From the human T2T-CHM13v2.0 reference genome, Homo sapiens, in NCBI RefSeq assembly GCF_009914755.1, contig NC_060945.1: a DNA stretch of 64,000 nucleotides; one strand, written 5' to 3'. Positions within the stretch are counted from its first letter, which is position 1; each line of letters starts with the position of its first letter. The notes below the pieces were generated by a model, which did no database searches, was not told the DNA's origin, and saw only the letters and a list, made by a program, of their open reading frames with translations. A program made the position numbers and the translations under genes. Positions 59,128 to 64,000 of this stretch are shown here, piece after piece.

Positions 59128-62100
59128 ATTATATAGTGTACATAAAATAACAAAGTACACAAACTATAAATTATATACTGTACATAAAATATGAAATTAC
59201 ATCAAATATATATTAGGTACATAAAATATGAAAGTACATCAAATATAGATTATATACTGTACATATAATATCAATGTACCCCAAATATATATTTTATACT
59301 CTTCATGAAATATCAAAGTTCACAAACCATATATTATATACTGTACATAAAATATCAAAGTACCCAAGGTATATATTCTATACTATACAAAAAATATCAA
59401 AGTACCCAAAGCATGTATTATATACTGTACATAAAATATGAAAGTACATCAAATATATATTTTATTCTGTACATAAAATATCAAAGTACACCAGATATAT
59501 ATTCTATAGTGTACATAAAATATCAAAAGTACCCAAACTATACATTATATACTGTACATAAAATATGAAATTACATCAAATATATATTATATTAGCTACA
59601 TAAAATATGAAAGTACATCAAATATAGATTATATACTGTACATTAAATACCAAAATACCCCAAATATATATTTTATACTCTACATGAAATATCAAAGTTC
59701 ACAAACCATATATTATATACTGTACATAAAATATCAAAGTACCCAAGGTATATATTCTATACTGTACAAAAAATATCAAAGTACCCAAAGAATGTATTAT
59801 ATACTGTACATAAAATATGAAATTACATCAAATATATATTTTATTCTGTACATAAAACATCAAAGTACACCAGATATATATTCTATAGTGTACATAAAAT
59901 ATCAAAGTACCCAAACTATACATTATATACTGTACATAAAATATGAAATTACATCAAATATATATTATATTAGGTACATAAAATATGAAAGTACATCAGA
60001 TATAGATTATATACTGGACATAAAATATCAAAGTACCCCAAATATATATTATATACTCTACATGAAATATCAAAGTTCACAAACTATATATTATATACTG
60101 TACATAAAATATCAAAGTACCCTAGGTATATATTCTATACTGTACAAAAAATATCAAAGTACCCAAAGCATGTAATATATACTGTATACAAAATATGAAT
60201 ATACATTAAATATATATTTTATTCTCTACATAAAATATCAAAGTACACCAGATATGTATTCTATAGTGTACATAAAATAACAAAGTACACAAACTATAAA
60301 TTATATACTGTACGTAAAATATGAAATTACATCAAATATATATTAGGTACATAAAATATGAAGGTACATCAGATATAGATTATATACTGCACATATAATA
60401 TCAATGTACCCCAAATATATATTTTATACTCTACATGAAATATCAAAGTTCACAAACGATACATTATATACTGTACATAAAATATCAAATTACCCAAGGT
60501 ATATATTCTATACTGTACGAAAAATATCAAAGTACCCAAAGCATGTATTATATACTGTACATAAAATATGAAAGTACATCAAATATATATTTTATTCTGT
60601 ACATAAAATATCAAAGTACACCAGATATATATTCTATAGTGTACATAAAATATCAAAGTACCCAAACTATACATTATATACTGTACGTAAAATATGAAAT
60701 TACATCAAATATATATTAGGTACATAAAATATGAAAGTATATCAAATATAGATTATATACTGTACATATAATATCAATGTACCCCAAATATATATTTTAC
60801 ACTCTACATGAAATATCAAAATTCACAAACCATATATTATATACTGTACATAAAATATCAATGTACCCAAGGTATATATTCTATACTGTACAAAAAATAT
60901 CAAAGTACCCAAAGCATGTATTATATACTGTACATAAAATATGAAAGTACATCAAATATATATTTTATTCTGTACATAAAATATCAAAGTACACCAGATA
61001 TATATTCTATAGTGTACATAATATATCAAAGTACCCAAACTATACATTATATACTGTACATAAAATATGAAATTACATCAAATATATATTATATTAGGTA
61101 CATAAAATATGAAAGCACATCAAATATAGATTATATACTGTACATGAAATACCAAAGTACCCCAAATATATATTTTATACGGTACATGAAATATCAAAGT
61201 TCACAAACTATATATTATATACGGTACATGAAATATCAAAGTTCACAAACTATATATTATATACTGTATATAAAATATCAAAGTACCCAAGGTATATATT
61301 CTATACTGTACAAAAAATATCAAAGTACCCAAAGCATGTATTATATACTGTACATAAAATATGAAAGTACATCAAATATATATTTTATTCTGTACATAAA
61401 ATATCAAAGTACACCAGATATATATTCTATAGTGTACATAATATATCAAAGTACCCAAACTATACATTATATACTGTACATAAAATATGAAATTACATCA
61501 AATATATATTATATTAGGTACATAAAATATGAAAGCACATCAAATATAGATTATATACTGTACATGAAATACCAAAGTACCCCAAATATATATTTTATAC
61601 GGTACATGAAATATCAAAGTTCACAAACTATATATTATATACGGTACATGAAATATCAAAGTTCACAAACTATATATTATATACTGTATATAAAATATCA
61701 AAGTACCCAAGGTATATATTCTATACTGTACAAAAAATATCAAAGTACCCAAAGCATGTATTATATACTGTACATAAAATATGAAAGTACATCAAATATA
61801 TATTTTATTCTGTACAGAAAATATCAAAGTACACCAGATATATATTCTATAGTGTACATAAAATATCAAAGTACCCAAACTATACATTATATACTGTACA
61901 TAAAATATGAAATTACATCAAATTTATATTAGGTACATAAAATATGAAAGTACATCAAATATAGATTATACACTGTACATAAAATATCAAAGTACCCCAA
62001 ATATATATTATATACTCTACATGAAATATCAAAGTTCACAAACTATATATTATATACTGTACATAAAATATCCAAGTACCCAAGGTATATATTCTATACT

Positions 62101-64000
62101 GTACAAAAAATATCAACGTACCCTAAGCATGTATTATATACTCTATATAAAATATGAAAGTACATCACATATATATTTTATTCTGTACATAAAATATCAA
62201 AGTACACCAGATATATATTCTATAGTGTACATAAAATAACAAAGTACACAAACTATAAATGATATGCTGTACATAAAATATGAAATTACATCAAATATAT
62301 ATTAGGTACATAAAATATGAAAGTACATCAAATATAGATTATATACTGTACATAAAATATCAATGTACCCCAAATATATATTTTATACTCTACATGAAAT
62401 ATCAAAGTTCACAAACCATATATTATATACTGTACATAAAATATCAAAGTACCCAAGGTATATATTCTATACTGTACAAAAAATATCAAAGTACCCAAAG
62501 CATGTATTATATACTGTACATAAAATATGAAAGTACATCAAATATATATTTTATTCTGTACATAAAATATCAAAGTACACCAGATATATATTCTATAGTG
62601 TACATAAAATATCAAAGTACCCAAACTATACATTATATACTGTACATAAAATATGAAATTACATCAAATATATATTATATTAGGTACATAAAATATGAAA
62701 GTACATCAGATATAGATTATATACTGTACATAAAATATCAAAGTACCCCAAATATATATTATATACTCTACATGAAATATCAAAGTTCACAAACTATACA
62801 TTATATACTGTACATAAAATATGAAATTACATCAAATATATATTAGGTACATAAAATATGAAAGTACATCAAATATAGATTATATACTGTACATATAATA
62901 TCAATGTACCCCAAATATATATTTTATACTCTTCATGAAATATCAAAGTTCACAAACCATATATTATATACTGTACATAAAATATCAAAGTACCCTAGGT
63001 ATATATTCTATACTGTACAAAAAATATCAAAGTACCCAAAGCATGTATTATATACTGTACATAAAATATGAAAGTACATCAAATATATATTTTATTCTGT
63101 ACATAAAATATCAAAGTACACCAGATATATATTCTATAGTGTACATAAAATATCAAAAGTACCCAAACTATACATTATATACTGTACATAAAATATGAAA
63201 TTACATCAAATATATATTATATTAGCTACATAAAATATGAAAGTACATCAAATATAGATTATATAGTGTACATTAAATACCAAAACACCCCAAATATATA
63301 TTTTATACTCTACATGAAATATCAAAGTTCACAAACCATATATTATATACTGTACATAAAATATCAAAGTACCCAAGGTATATATTCTATACTGTACAAA
63401 AAATATCAAAGTACCCAAAGCATGTATTATATACTGTACATAAAATATGAAAGTACATCAAAAATATATTTTATTCTGTACATAAAACATCAAAGTACAC
63501 CAGATATATATTCTATAGTGTACATAAAATATCAAAGTACCCAAACTATACATTATATACTGTACATAAAATATGAAATTACATCAAATATATATTATAT
63601 TAGGTACATAAAATATGAAAGTACATCAGATATAGATTATATACTGCACATAAAATATCAAAGTACCCCAAATATATATTATATACTCTACATGAAATAT
63701 CAAAGTTCACAAACTATATATTATATACTGTACATAAAATATCAAAGTACCCAAGGTATATATTCTATACTGTACAAAAAATATCAAAGTACCCAAAGCA
63801 TGTATTATATACTGTACATAAAGTATGAAAGTACATCAAATGTATATTTTATTCTGTACATAAAATATCAAAGTACACCAGATATATATTCTACAGTGTA
63901 CATAATATATCAAAGTACGCAAACTATACATTATATACTGTACTTAAAATATGAAATTACATCAAATATATATTATATTAGGTACATAAAATATGAAAGC
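59128..64000. repeat. Domain A-type 378/373-bp HORs resume
   Basis: 'taacaaagtacacaaactataaat', the 5-bp-deleted M5 and 'ttctatagtg' return, and the B/C markers are lost. Confidence 0.88.
60863..61816. repeat. Tandem duplication, period 420 bp (10-mer with doubled M8)
   Basis: The lines starting at 60901 and 61321, 61021 and 61441, and 61141 and 61561 are identical. Each unit has two consecutive copies of 'acggtacatgaaatatcaaagttcacaaac'. Confidence 0.9.

Larger units (their letters stand above)
1..64000. repeat. HSat1A (human/primate satellite 1A, SAR) tandem array, 42-bp monomer
   Basis: A monomer like GTACATAAAATATCAAA-GTACCCAAACTATACATTATATACT repeats through the whole window. GTAC sites alternate at 17 and 25 bp, the classical satellite I RsaI A/B pattern. 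The sequence is very AT-rich and the ORF translations show a 14-aa period. The family name comes from established knowledge of HSat1A. Species and chromosome cannot be fixed from the sequence alone. Confidence 0.95.

Noticed and set aside
55-63198. Many + strand ORFs up to 436 aa encoding Y/I/K-rich 14-aa repeats (e.g. 31080-32390, 60808-61932, 10840-11928)
   Set aside because: 42 and 378 are multiples of 3 and one frame of the consensus lacks stops. ORFs end at random substitutions and frameshifting indels (the 5-bp deletion, TAT>TAA). They show no domain-like content or sign of coding constraint.
1-64000. CRISPR-like alternation of a conserved part (tactgtacataaaatat) and a variable part
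   Set aside because: The 'spacers' are homologous to each other and cycle with period 9. There are no unique spacers, leader or cas genes.
1-64000. HSat1B, alpha satellite, HSat2/3, Alu/L1 insertions or strand inversions
   Set aside because: I saw no Alu-derived GC-rich segment, 171-bp period, CENP-B box, (CATTC)n or non-satellite sequence. Monomer orientation is constant throughout.
1-64000. TATA-box-like motifs (TATATA, TATAAA) and short palindromes (TGTACA) as promoters or hairpins
   Set aside because: These are expected at high frequency in ~80% AT repeats, and no supporting context singles out any copy.
1-64000. Assignment to a specific chromosome or species
   Set aside because: HSat1A arrays occur on several human chromosomes (3, 4 and acrocentrics such as 13). 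There is no unique flank here, so alignment to T2T assemblies is needed.

Overview
The whole 64 kb window is one uninterrupted, single-orientation AT-rich tandem satellite array (about 20% GC in the monomers I counted). It matches primate/human Satellite 1A (HSat1A, classical satellite I, 'SAR'). The 42-bp monomer carries two GTAC (RsaI) sites spaced 17 + 25 bp, and monomers are organised into a 9-monomer, 378-bp higher-order repeat (HOR). I found no genes, RNA genes, transposon insertions or inversions. All listed ORFs are artefacts of a repeat whose period is divisible by 3. The internal architecture is layered. Domain A (1-34.2 kb, 55.6-56.3 kb, 59.1-64 kb) consists of 378-bp and 373-bp HORs, with a 1261-bp tandem duplication and an 8.01/5.63/8.01-kb macro-repeat. 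Domain B (34.2-48.1 kb) is a distinct sequence subfamily with 6-, 8- and 9-mer units, a 588-bp 14-mer core and a recurrent CpG. Domain C (48.1-55.6 kb, part of it copied to 56.3-59.1 kb) has a 1047-bp 25-mer HOR. The most speculative idea concerns RNA motifs: the + strand carries about 6 perfect PUMILIO elements (UGUANAUA) per 378 nt, and the - strand carries one polyadenylation-signal-like arrangement per HOR. Both are hypotheses only. Boundaries were read by eye and are approximate. Monomer labels M1-M9 are my own and are defined in the second feature.
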